From Macrostomum hystrix (taxonomy: Eukaryota > Animalia > Platyhelminthes): a stretch of DNA of 64,000 nt. This document shows positions 34,802-64,000 of the stretch, in pieces (position 1 is the first letter of the stretch; the number at the start of each line of letters is the position of its first letter). The translations under genes were made by a program, and so were the position numbers. The stretch is from contig CATNEN010000012.1 of NCBI GenBank assembly GCA_950097015.1, positions 2,294,001 to 2,358,000 of the forward strand, in the 5' to 3' direction. The notes below the pieces were generated by a model that saw nothing but the letters and a program-made list of their open reading frames with translations, did no database searches and was not told the DNA's origin.

Positions 34802-36235
34802 GGGCCTAGGGCCTAGGGCCTAACTAAAATACCTCACTAAAAATAGTACTTTTTATTGCATGTAGACCTTACCCGAATAAGTCAAATAAGCCCTATATAA
34901 AAACTTTTTTGTGTACACCTGTCTGGCACATTTGGAATAATTTCAGGTTTGTGCATTGCAATAGCAAGGCATGGCTTGGTACAATATAGTAGGCCTACTG
35001 ATGTCATTTTTTCCCATAGGGATTCACAGGCCAAAGGTGTTATCTTGGCATGACACTTTTCAGCCATAATTTTAGAGTTCTTGGCATGTGTCTAAGGGAT
35101 TTGAGTAAAAAATCTAACAAATAAAACAATTTTTTCCTTTAGTCAGATATGTAATCAATTAAACAAGGAGGCCATAACACATTTTAACTTAGTTTTGTTA
35201 GTAGTCAGCAGAAAAATATTTTTGTTGCTCTGTTTGGGACCTAAAAAGAGGCTAGTTGTATGGCTATATATTAAATGATATGTAATGATGGTGTATTATC
35301 TTCCTTTTTGCAAGGCCAAGCCAATAATTCTGAAATTGCATAGATATAGTTGGACATATTAATGCAAAGCTTATCCATGTGACATATTGTCTAAATTGTG
35401 ACCTTATTTAAAGCAGAAACCTTTAGCTGTTGTTAGGTAAGTCATTAAAGTCTTTAGAAGCTAAGAAGTCTTACTAAGACTCTAAAAAGCTTAGTGATTT
35501 TTAATATATATATATTCTTTAGTTATCTAAGGTTATTCTTCTCTCTAAGTTTAATTTAGATCTCCTATTATTATTCTATCAAAATTTAATAGCTTTTTAG
35601 TATATTGATCTCCTAATTAGTTGAATACCATTTTCTTATGAAATTGCTAAACGTCTTAATTTAGTGACTAACAATTATTGTAATAACTAGTGTCTTGCTG
35701 TATGTTCTCAGTTCTAGTTATAGATAGCTACCTTTGAAAGGGTAATATACTAATATTTAATTATGACTCCATTTGAAATATTTAACTACCCAACCTGATT
35801 TGAGATCTTCAAGATTCTGTTAAGCTTACCTAAAACCAAAGATCTAAGATTTTCTTTAACATACTTAACTATTTCTTAACATGCTTAATCTATAGTTGGC
35901 TAATCTAAGAAGCTAGAAAAGTTTTATCTGTAAAGTATGCAAATATATATGCAAATATATCACATATTCATTCATATTTTTATTTTTGCTGACTAAAATT
36001 CCTTGCCTGTTGATAAAATCTATTAATTTAGTTTATCATTAAAGTATAAGTAATGTGCACTTTCTATTCCAGCCCATACATCGCTCCCCGCACAAGGGGT
36101 CAGCGTCTTAAATTTAGACCCAATAGCATCAAAATTGACTTATTTAATACTAAGCTCAGCACTGTTTCATCACCACTGACTTCAGAACAAACTAGTAAAC
36201 ACGCAAGGCAGACCTCACAGAGCACTTGAAGCGCA

Positions 36236-38868
36236 ATGTCTTGTGCCGATTTATTCCGCCTGTTCTGCTGGCCGCCGCTGCCTTCTCGCATTGCCGCCAA
36301 GCTGGCTTTCCTGCCGCCCGAGCCAACTTATTCCGTCATTGCCGACTCCGACTCGCCTGATCTGCGGTTGCATCTGAGCGAAAGGGCCGAGTTTCAATTT
36401 CCCGACTCGGATAAAGCCACGTTAGAGGTGAGCTGTGCGAAATTAGCTTAACATGTTGCTTATGTGAACTGTAAATATAGGTGAAATTTTAACTGGTGAC
36501 ACCCCTGTCTGACAGGTCAGGTATAGTTTATATTTGAACCGATAACATCATTGTCTGACAGGTCAGGTATAGGTTATATTTGAACCGATAACATCATTGT
36601 CTGACAGGTCAGGTATAGGTTATATTTGAACCGATAACATCATTGTCTGACAGGTCAGGTATAGGTTATATTTGAACCGTTAACATAATTATCTGACAGG
36701 TCAGGTATAGGTAATATTTGAACCGATAACATCATTGTCTGACAGGTCAGGTATAGGTTATATTTGAACCGATAACATCATTGTCTGACAGGTCAGGTAT
36801 AGGTTATATTTGAACCGTTAACATAATTATCTGACAGGTCAGGTATAGGTAATATTTGAACCGATAACATCATTGTCTGACAGGTCAGGTATAGGTTATA
36901 TTTGAACCGATAACATCATTGTCTGACAGGTCAGGTATAGGTTATATTTGAACCGATAACATCATTGTCTGACAGGTCAGGTATAGGTTATATTTGAACC
37001 GATAACATCATTGTCTGACAGGTCAGTATGTTATATTTGAACCGATAAATAACACCCCTATCTGCCAGGTCAGGTACAGGTGATATTTGAGCAGAAAAAA
37101 CACTTGTCTGACATGTCAGTTATTGTCCATCTTTTAACAGATAACACCCTGCCTGACAGGTCAGGTATAGGTGATTTTTGCACAGATGACAACCTTGTCT
37201 GACAGGTCAGGTATAGGTGATATATGAACAGATGACAACCTGGTCTGACAGGTCAGGTATAGGTGATTTTTGCATAGATGACAACCTTGTCTGACAGGTC
37301 AGGTATAGGTGATATATGAACAGATGACAACCTTGTCTGATAGGTCAGGTATAGGTGATATATGAACAGATGACAACCTTGTCTGATAGGTCAGGTATAG
37401 GTGATATATGAACAGATGACAACCTTGTCTGATAGGTCAGGTAGGTGTTTGTAATAAATTATCAAGCCAGCCCTATGTTGCCGCACGCTTTGCAGGTGTT
37501 TCTAGCCCCCACTAGCCGCGGCAACAACATCGCCTGCATGCTCGCCAAAGTGAATCCGCGCTCTCGTTTCACCTTGCTATTCTCGCATGGCAACGCTGTC
37601 GATCTTGGCCAGATGAGCAGCTTCTTCATCGGTCTGGGCAGGCGTCTGAATGCCAACGTATTCGGCTACGATTATTCCGGCTACGGCGCTAGCACAGGTC
37701 GGCCCCTAGAAAAGAATCTCTACGCCGATATGGAGTGCGCCTGGAATCAGTTGCTAACTCGCTACAAACTGCTGCCAGAGAATATTGTACTGTATGGTCA
37801 ATCAATTGGCACAGTGCCAACTGTTGATTTGGCGGCTCGATACAAAGTGGCCGGAGTCATACTGCACAGTCCGCTAATGTCAGGCATGCGGGTGGCTTTC
37901 CCGGAGACTCAGCGCACCTGGTTCTTCGACCCGTTTCCGAAGTGAGTGACCTTGTTTCTTAGCTCTTCGGATAAAGAAATGGGTCACTTGGACCCGTGTA
38001 ACTCAAAAAAATCTAAATCCAATTCTTTATCTACATTGGGGCAGGCATATCTACATCTTGAGCCGTGTAAATAAACTAATCATTCTAATCTATTCTAATC
38101 ACTCTAATCATTGGTACTCAGGGTGGGTCACTCTGATCATCGGTACTCAGGGTGGGTCACTCAGATCATCGGTACTCAGGGTGCGTCACTCTGATCATTT
38201 GTACTCAGGGTGGGTCACTCTGATCATCGGTACTCAGGGTGGGTCACTCAGATCATCGGTACTCAGGGTGCGTCACTCTGATCATTTGTACTCAGGGTGG
38301 GTCACTCTGATCATCGGTACTCAGCGGGTTACTCTGATCATCGGTACTAAGGGGGTCACTCTGATCATTGGTACTCAGGGGGTCACTCTGATCATTTGTA
38401 CTCAGGGTGGGTCACTCTGATCATTTGTACTAAGGGTTGGTCACTCTGATCATTTGTACTCAGATTTTGTTAGCCTAAGAATTCTGTGCTCACAAAGATT
38501 CAGTTTAATCCTCGATATCCCAGATTCAAATCTGAACCAGAAAGGCCTCATCAATATTCATAAATCATCATGCGCCCCGCAGCATTGAAAAGGCGCCGCG
38601 CATTCAGTCGCCCTGCCTAGTGATTCACGGCACAGACGACGAAGTGATTGACTTTGCGCACGGCCTTACAATTTACGAGCGCCTGCCAAAGCCAGTTGAT
38701 CCGCTGTGGGTTGTCGGCGCCGGGCATAACGATATTGAAATGTTTCCGCAGTATCTGGAACGCCTGCGCAGCTTCTTGTACACGGAGTTGGACGCACTGA
38801 GACCTGTGGCTGAGGCGGCAGCCGAGTCAGACAACAATAGCGACAGCCCGGCGAGTAATAGCAGTTGA
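36236..38868 (+). CDS. ABHD17: Alpha/beta hydrolase ABHD17 (FAM108) depalmitoylase, 307 aa, exons 36236-36427, 37496-37941 and 38583-38868
   Basis: N-terminal CxxxxxxFCWPP..[52 protein letters not shown] and GAGHNDIE. The Ser-Asp-His triad is intact and introns are GT-AG. Confidence 0.95.
36510..37440. repeat. Intronic 46-bp minisatellite (CTGACAGGTCAGGTATAGGT core)
   Basis: Read directly. Confidence 0.93.
38100..38460. repeat. Intronic 29-bp minisatellite (ACTCTGATCATCGGTACTCAGGGTGGGTC)
   Basis: Read directly. Confidence 0.92.
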
Positions 38869-41159
38869 AAGCCATGCGGTGTGTCAAGCAGCTTATTCTA
38901 CTTCAAAATAAGGATTAACAAAATTAATATTACAATCATCTATGTGCGTCTCACCTGTATGTCAGTCATTCATCTGCCGTATTGTACTATTTAATAATAT
39001 AAAAGAATTTACTTCTAGGTTTGGCTGATATTGCAGATTGACGGCTAAATCTACCTCTCTATGTTGTGTAAGAAAATCTGTTGAATTAACTCTAAAAACT
39101 AGTCAAAATTCGAAATACAATCGAATTATTTGAACAGAAATCTTCACTATTTTCTAGAGCTACATTTCATTCTTCGGCCTGATCTTCTTATCTATATTCT
39201 GTCTCTCTATGACCTATGTGTGACATATCAAACTTGACAGTTGATGTAATGTCCTTACTCATTTCGCTTATTAATACTTGTGTAGATAACCCACGTGTTT
39301 GTTTGACTGTGTGTGTACTTGTAAGACACCGGTATCGTCGTTGGGTTTGTACTGTTATTATTTATTCTAACTTGTAAACTTCTTTGTAAATGATGAAATA
39401 TGCAAATTTACACAACACACTGAGCAGTGATCTCCTTATGAAATAATTTTTTAAGGCTATATAAAATGATCTATAATCTGTATTCTAGTGCTTGTCTGCT
39501 TTTGCTTACTTGCCCGTTTATTTTGTTGTTGAAGATGTTCATTATATAGTGCATGTATGTATTCGCGATTCTCTCCGTCAATCTTATATGAATAGTATAC
39601 GATTAACTTATATTCTGGCACGCACTATTAATATATATGATATTCTATTTTTGGTACATTGTAGGAATATAATAAGTATAGACTATTTTGACTTCTACTT
39701 TTTTGTCCATCTCGATCCCCTGTCTCTGTTGTTCAGTCATTTTGTGTTCTCCTTATTGTAACCAAGCGAAAATTAACGTATTTTACCTTGACGTTTTGTT
39801 CTTTAAAAAAAGAGAAAGACATCTTTATGTATTAAATTAAGCTAACATTTCTAGCCTGTAAGTTATATTTTTTATAAGACTTTATATTATATATCGCTTC
39901 TAGGAAAGTGGAATAGTTGTTTAATAAGTATAACACATCTGGTAGTACGCAATTTTGAATAGACCGATTTTATAACATTCCTAGGCTACAATATCTCCCT
40001 TAGAATATGTAACTTTTTCATTCCTCAAAAACGTACGCTATTGTTTATTTTTTAAGCGACAGCTTTAAAACCGACTATGTTTTTGCATAAGATATGATAT
40101 TGTGTTTGCTTTTGTATCTGTTGCCTGCTTGGCAAATTTACTTTAATGTGCGTATCATGATTTTCTAAGGAGTTAATAGAATCTTAAAATAACTAGATAG
40201 ATTGCTTTTATTGTGGATATTGTCAAACGGCGGAGCTATTATTTTTACCATAGACTAAAAAACTGCCTGATCCAAGGAATTCTATGAATCGGTTCTATTC
40301 CTTTATAAGGAAAGTAATATGTAGTTTTAACCCTCTAGAAAATAGTCTATGGTAGTTTAGAATGGCGATATGTGTCATGACAAACAATTCACGGCTCATA
40401 ATACGCTCGTAAGCCAAAAAATGCTAGATTAGCAATCCAAGCTTATTTATGTCAATCATTGTACAGGTATGTACTACCTGTACAGCGATGTTTTGTCCTT
40501 CTATTGAAGCGAAAATGTTAAACAAACGTTTGTTTAAACAAAAATGTGTACAATAATTCTTGTATTGGTGTTGCGTTGCATTGTAGCTAATTAACCGATC
40601 TGAACAAAATGTAACTCTCGTTTTTCTCTCTATAAAATATTAATTTAGATTTTTTATTGGAAAAGTTACAAAGGAAATTATACAATTTCATGAAGTAATC
40701 AACTACAATGCGAAAACTAATTCTTTTGGCGTTGCGCAGACAGCTTGGAAAATCGTCACTTCCATTTTTTAGCGTAACTAAGTCTTTTGTATCATCAGCT
40801 TTTTACCCGATAAGGAAATAGGCAATTATGAGTAGATGTATATTATAACAATAGCTAAAGGCATGCAGATAAGGCAAGAAGGAAATACAAGTAATTCCTG
40901 TCTCAGTTAGTGCTGACGCAATCGGATTGCTAAATTTAGCTAACTGGGCAGCTGAAGATTTTCAGATAGAGATAGACAGTCGAAAATTGAGCCACGTTAT
41001 GGGGAACAATTTTCACTGCTTTCGTTTTTAGCCTGTCTGCTTTTGCTCTCTTCTGTTTTTGTCACTCGGATTTCTATTCCATTGTACTATGTCCTCAGTG
41101 CAGTAGTTTGTGTATAAAGTAGGATTTTGCTTTACTTAACAGTTGTTTCCTTCATTCAG

Positions 41160-41945
41160 GACTATGTACTTCTCACTGCCTCCACTTCACTCTAATTCCC
41201 ATGGTCTCTGCCTCCATGTCACTCTACTTCTCATGGTCTTTGTGCCTCCACGTCACTCTACTTCTCATGGTCTTTGTGCCTCCACGTCACTCTACTTCTC
41301 ATCCTCCTTGTGCCTCCACGTCACTCTACTTCTCATGGTCTTTGTGCCTCCACGTCACTCTACTTCTCATCCTCCTTGTGCCTCCACGTCACTCTACTTC
41401 TCATGGTCTCTACGCCTCCATGTCACTCTACTTCTCATGGTCTTTGTGCCTCCACGTCACTCTACTTCTCATCCTCCTTGTGCCTCCACGTCACTCTACT
41501 TCTCATGGTCTCTACGCCTCCATGTCACTCTACTTCTCATGGTCTTTGTGCCTCCACGTCACTCTACTTCTCATCCTCTTTGTGCCTCCACGTCACTCTA
41601 CTTCTCATGGTCTTTGTGCCTCCACGTCACTCTACTTCTCATGGTCTTTGTGCCTCCACGTCACTCTACTTCTCATGGTCTCTACGCCTCCATGTCACTC
41701 TACTTCTCATGGTCTTTGTGCCTCCACGTCACTCTACTTCTCATCCTCTTTGTGCCTCCACGTCACTCTACTTCTCTTGGTCTTTGTGCCTCCACGTCAC
41801 TCTACTTCTCATGGTCTTTGTGCCTCCACGTCACTCTACTTCTCATGGTCTCTACGCCTCCATGTCACTCTACTTCTCATCCTCTTTGTGCCTCCACGTC
41901 ACTCTACTTCTCATGGTCTCTACGCCTCCATGTCACTCTACTCTT
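41160..41945. repeat. 34-bp minisatellite
   Basis: Unit TGTGCCTCCACGTCACTCTACTTCTCATGGTCTT. Confidence 0.95.
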
Positions 41946-42689
41946 TATGGACTTCTTGCCTACTTCCGCAAAATTCTACCTATTTTGCTTTCTAATACTT
42001 TGCTGATTGCAAATTTCGTCTCAGCTGCAGGATTAACCGGCTGCTCAAAGATAATCCTCTGTACCATCCGCCCCGCCCGCTCAACGATTGATTTTCTTGG
42101 CTTTCTTTTAGCCTCTTTGTGGGGCTTGCGCAGCCCGCTGCACCCCTCAGTTCCTTGTCTGCTTTTTCATCTTCCCTCTATAATATAGGCGCCAGTGGGG
42201 CAGATGCGACTAGCTTTGCGGTGTCTGAACTGCGGCTGCGGCTTTATGTTACACCCGATCTCTGTAGAGTGTAGTGCTATTGTGCTATATGTTCCCGTAC
42301 GCTCTCACTTGCCTAGATTAACTTTGCTGTGTCATGTATGAATGTTGCTTGCACCTTCAACCTCACTTTTTGTCTCTCGGCTTAATTGGTCTTGTTAGCT
42401 TTCAGTACGGAATCCTTGAGTGCCAGTTCATCTTTCAACTTTTTAATGGAGGTAACATTAGAAAACTAATTAACTAATAGTCACTGTCTGCCAGAATTTT
42501 ACGAATGCCAGCTTGAGTGGGTTCTTAAAATAAGGAAGCCGTAGTTAGCGCAACAGTCTAGACGGAACTAAGGTTTCGATCTTTGTACAGTTTTCTTTTT
42601 TAGTGTAGCCTGCTTAGCACTAGAAACGGACTTTAACCTTAATCGACTCGATTCTAGCAGTCCCTTCCCTTCCGTGAGCCCTCAATTAT

Positions 42690-43560
42690 AGCAGCCCCAT
42701 ATCCCTACCTCAGCCCTTAATTCAACTCTGGCAGCCCCTTACCCCTCCCTCAGCCCTTAATTCAATTCTGGCAGCCCCATACCCCTCCCTCAGCCCTTAA
42801 TTCAATTCTGGCAGCCCCATACCCCTCCCTCAGCCCTTAATTCAATTCTGGCAGCCCCATACCCCTCCCTCAGCCCTTAATTCAATTCTGGCAGCCCCAT
42901 ACCCCTCCCTCAGCCCTTAATTCAATTCTGGCAGCCCCATACCCCTCCCTCAGCCCTTAATTCAATTCTGGCAGCCCCATACCCCTCCCTCAGCCCTTAA
43001 TTCAATTCTGGCAGCCCCATACCCCTACCTCAGCCCTTAATTCAATTCTGGCAGCCCCTTACCCCTCCCTCAGCCCTTAATTCAATTATGGCAGCCCCAT
43101 ATCCCTACCTCAGCCCTTAATTCAATTCTGGCAGCCTCATACCCCTACCTCAGCCCTTAATTCAATTCTGGCAGCCCCTTACCCCTCCCTCAGCCCTTAA
43201 TTCAATTCTGGCAGCCCCTTACCCCTACCTCAGCCCTTCATTCAATTCTGGCAGCCCCTTACCCCTCCCTCAGCCCTTAATTCAACTCTGGCAGCCCCTT
43301 ACCCCTCCCTCAGCCCTCAATTCTAGCAGCCCCTTACCCCTCCATCAGCCCTCAATTCTAGCAGTCCCCTACCCCTCCATCAGCCCTCAATTCTAGCAGC
43401 CCCTTACCCCTCCATCAGCCCTAAATTCTAGCAGTCCCCTAACCCTCCATCAGCCCTCAATTCTAGCAGCCCCTTACCCCTCCATCAGCCCTCAATTCTA
43501 GCAGTCCCCTACCCCTCCATCAGCCCTCAATTCTAGCAGTCCCTTACCCCTCCCTCAGCC
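42690..43560. repeat. 40-bp minisatellite grading into a shorter variant
   Basis: Unit CAGCCCCATACCCCTCCCTCAGCCCTTAATTCAATTCTGG. Confidence 0.93.
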
Positions 43561-43679
43561 CTTGTTTTCAGTCCCTTAACTCTCCCACGGTCCTCAAATC
43601 GAACTATTTCTACATTTGATTTTTTCCTAAAGTTAAACTTTATCAACCCGCGTAAGTTTAGGTATGAATTCAGAGCGAC

Positions 43680-45341
43680 ATGCTCTTACTTGACTCGCAC
43701 CTGTCCTCCCACAGCCTTACAAAATCGCTATTGACTACCGGTCGCATGACTGAGTCTGTGGCCATCTCCGCCCCATCTTCGGGCAGCGGGACTAGCGCTG
43801 ATGTGAAGTGCGGCGCCGAGAAAGCCTTCGATAGCTTAGCAAACGCCAGCGCGGACGCTTCTGGCGCGACCGCAGCCGACCTGTCTGTCTCCGTCGCCTC
43901 ATCCGCCCCCGCATCCGCCCCCGGATCCGCCCCCGCATCCACTCCCGGATCCGCCCCGAGCCCCTCCAAAGCCGGCGGCCTGAGCCATTCGCGCGCTTTC
44001 CTTTCCTCCTTCCTGGCTGGCGCGATCGCCGGCGCCATTGCCAAGACAACCATAGCGCCACTAGACCGGACCAAGATCTGGTTCCAGACGCATGAGACTC
44101 GCTTTAATCTTCGAGCCTGCCTGGCATTCCTGCGCGACTCCTACCGTAGCGAGGGCCTGCTAAGGCTTTGGCGCGGCAATACGGCCACGCTGGCTAGAAT
44201 TGTGCCATACGCCTCCGTGCAATTCGCCTCACACGAGCAGTACAAACGCCTGCTGCATGTCGACGGCGGCCGCTTCGAGTCGGCCCACTGGCGTCGCTTC
44301 CTCTCCGGCAGCCTTGCCGGTGTGACCTCCGTCACCTGCACCTACCCGCTGGACATGGCCCGGGCTCGCATGGCAGTCACTAAGTCCAATACCTACAGGA
44401 ATCTGGGCCACGCACTCATGTGCATCTGGCGCCAGGAGGGCGCGCTGGCCCTCTACCGCGGCTTCTCGCCCGCCCTGGCCGGTTCCCTGCCCTACGCTGG
44501 CACTTCGTTTTACACCTACGAGACTTTAAAAAGGCGGTATCGCCGACAAACCGGCCAGGAGCCCAGCTCGCTGGCGCGTTTTGTATTTGGCGGAGTCGCC
44601 GGCATGTTTGGACAAACTAGCAGCTATCCGCTGGATATTGTGCGACGCCGCATGCAGACTGCTCAGGTAAGGCTGCCTGCCTGCCCTCTGATCCTTTTAG
44701 GATTTCCATCCTCACAGACTCAGCCCTCTGATCCTCACAGACTCACCCATCTGATCCTCACAGACTCACCCATCTGATCCTCACAGACTCACCCATCTAA
44801 TCCTCACAGACTCACCCATCTGATCCTCACAGACTCACCCATCTGATCCTCACAGACTCAGCCATCTGATCCTCACAGACTCACCCATCTGATCCTCAAA
44901 GACTCACCCATCTGATCCTCACAGACTCACCCATCTGATCCTCACAGACTCACCCATCTGATCCTCACAGACTCAGCCCTCTGATCCTCACAGACTCACC
45001 CATCTGATCCTCACGGACTCCTAAAGAGTGTCGGTGTAACCCTATTATCTGACAATTTTCCATTATCTTATGTGCTGGTATTATCACACATCTTTCGTCC
45101 CATTTATTATCCCTAGGTCACTGGCCATCCCGAGTACACAGTGAGCATCTGGCACTGCCTCAGACTCACCTACCAGCACGAGGGCATAGTGCACGGACTG
45201 TACAAAGGCCTATCTATGAACTTTGTCAAAGGACCCATAGCCAATGGTATCGCGTTCGCAACTTTCGATTTGGTTCAGTGGCTATTGCGAAGGACGTCAA
45301 TGTTTAGCGATCAGAACACACCTGCCGGGCCTGGGCATTAG
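43680..45341 (+). CDS. SLC25A42: Mitochondrial carrier, CoA transporter type, exons 43680-44666 and 45117-45341
   Basis: Three carrier repeats ([26 protein letters not shown]), plus [27 protein letters not shown] and [16 protein letters not shown]. The start codon (43680 or 43746) is uncertain. Confidence 0.88.
44710..45015. repeat. Intronic 23-bp minisatellite
   Basis: Unit TCCTCACAGACTCACCCATCTGA. Confidence 0.93.
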
Positions 45342-46709
45342 TGATGAACAATCAATCTGATTTACTGCAGACTTCCCTGTCGGCTTGAAGCCGCTAGCAC
45401 TGGCAATGAGTGCCAGCTTATGGGCGTACCCACCCCCAATCACGCCACGCAAGCACGCACTCAGGCGTGTACGCTCTACCCCCCCCGCAGTGTACACTGC
45501 GGGCCGCGTACTCTAAGCTGCTTACAACATCTTCTATTAGTATTCATGATTATTCAATAAGCAAACGTGTTAAAATAAGATTTGTTTAATTGAACATATG
45601 ATTGATATCAATGGTCGATTGCTAGGGCTATTGTTGAGATTATGGTTAGGGCATAGCTCTAGATATTGTTGCTTTGGGATTGGCAGACTGTACTATGCTG
45701 CTGGTTCGCATAACTCTTGCATAGTTTGTTTTAGCTGCATTGCGTTTTTGTGCATGCCAATTCGCGCAATATTTGGGTTTCCATTAGCACACCAGCATAC
45801 TTGTAGTTTCAGTAGTAATAAGGCAATACATAGATGGTGTCAAATTAAAAAGTTTTAACGAAATTTCGACCAAGAAAGAACGCTTGCCATTCTCTACCAG
45901 CTCTTTGAACCAATTGTGGCCTTCTAATGATTACGTAAGGCGTCAATGCGTCAAATATTTGTGACAATAGTACTACGCTTGTATATGGAATTCGCTTGTA
46001 TTGTGTTAGTTTCCAGTGTAAAAAACTTGTTGCTCGATAAAATGAATTAATTCATCTACTAATAGTTTGTGCTTACAATAACAATTGGTCCACTGCTTTC
46101 ACAGAATTTAATTGTAATTAGTGGCTTTTCCAAAACCTTTGTTTTTCCACTATTGACTATCTAAGTAAATATAGGCTATATGTTTCATTTGTCTAGTTTT
46201 GAAAATCTTGTTAGTTTTTTTACGAGGTAGCTATGCTAGATTCATTAGTTTTTATCGCGATTACATCAATCGTTATAGATTCACGGTAATCTACTTTTTA
46301 AATTCGTGTTTTAGGTTCGTAGACCATCTATAGCTTGTGTTTTTGCTATTGTTGTTCGTCCATAGTAGATATTTCACGATATTTTCATAGTGTTAGTAGC
46401 CATTTTCAGTGATTCGTAATGATTCACAAAATACTTTGTTTTGTAATTGATTACAAAATACTACTGATCATTGTATTTCTTTGCTCACCTTTCGATTGTT
46501 GACTTTATTAAAGCAAGCACTCTAAGTAAGTTTATTGATTATGTTGACTGTAGTTACATGCATAATGTGCATGTGTTTTTTTGGATTCAATTGTCTCTAT
46601 GAGTTTTCGATTACTTTCAATTTCCACGAACTGAAAAGACTATCGTGAGGACTCAACGATGCGTTTTATAATTTTGAAGCTTTTTATTGAGTCACCAACG
46701 TTAATGCTG

Positions 46710-47015
46710 GTGCTGTAGCTAAGGCTAGTGTTGGTGCTGTAGCTAAGGCTAGTGTTGGTGCTGTAGCTAAGGCTAGTGTTGGTGCTGTAGCTAAGGCTAG
46801 TGTTGGTGCTGTAGCTAAGGCTAGTGTTGGTGCTGTAGCTAAGGCTAGTGTTGGTGCTGTAGCTAAGGCTAGTGTTGGTGCTGTAGCTAAGGCTAGTGTT
46901 GGTGCTGTAGCTAAGGCTAGTGTTGGTGCTGTAGCTAAGGCTAGTGTTGGTGCTGTAGCTAAGGCTAGTGTTGGTGCTGTAGCTAAGGCCAGTGTTGTTG
47001 CTGTAGCTAAGGCTA
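46710..47015. repeat. 24-bp minisatellite just upstream of GALT
   Basis: Unit GCTAAGGCTAGTGTTGGTGCTGTA. Confidence 0.95.
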
Positions 47016-47128
47016 GTTGCTTGGAACTATTGTGAGGCTTTGTCTCTAAAGTGCATTGGATTCCAATCGATAAAGCTGTAGAGCTGCTTCCTTCCAATCA
47101 GTCGAATCCGTCCTCATCGTCCGGCCAA

Positions 47129-63958
<16,830 letters not shown>

Positions 63959-64000
63959 TAGCGAAGCGTTTCGGACAAGGGGAACAAAGACTCAGAAATG

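Noticed and set aside
41143-42188. Three overlapping ORFs of about 300 aa
   Set aside because: Artefact of a 34-bp repeat.

Overview
Eukaryotic, repeat-rich animal genomic DNA with spliceosomal introns, GC-rich exons and introns filled with minisatellites. The style suggests a flatworm such as Macrostomum, but that is inference only. Host genes rebuilt by hand from splice sites are an 11-exon neprilysin/M13-family gene that has lost all three zinc ligands, ABHD17, SLC25A42 and the 5' part of GALT. Mobile DNA includes the 3' half of a Ty3/Gypsy element, a deleted P/THAP element with 32-bp TIRs and a 7-bp TSD, two dead Tc1 copies, a mariner remnant, a Crypton-type tyrosine recombinase element, tRNA-derived SINEs and a MITE. 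The most notable feature, missed by the ORF track because the genes are spliced, is a cluster of five intact two-exon genes plus one probable relic. They encode secreted, Arg/Trp-rich 12-cysteine peptides with two tandem knottin (ICK-like) frameworks. They lie as convergent pairs in a duplicated unit, with conserved signal exons and rapidly diverging mature exons in the plus-strand copies.
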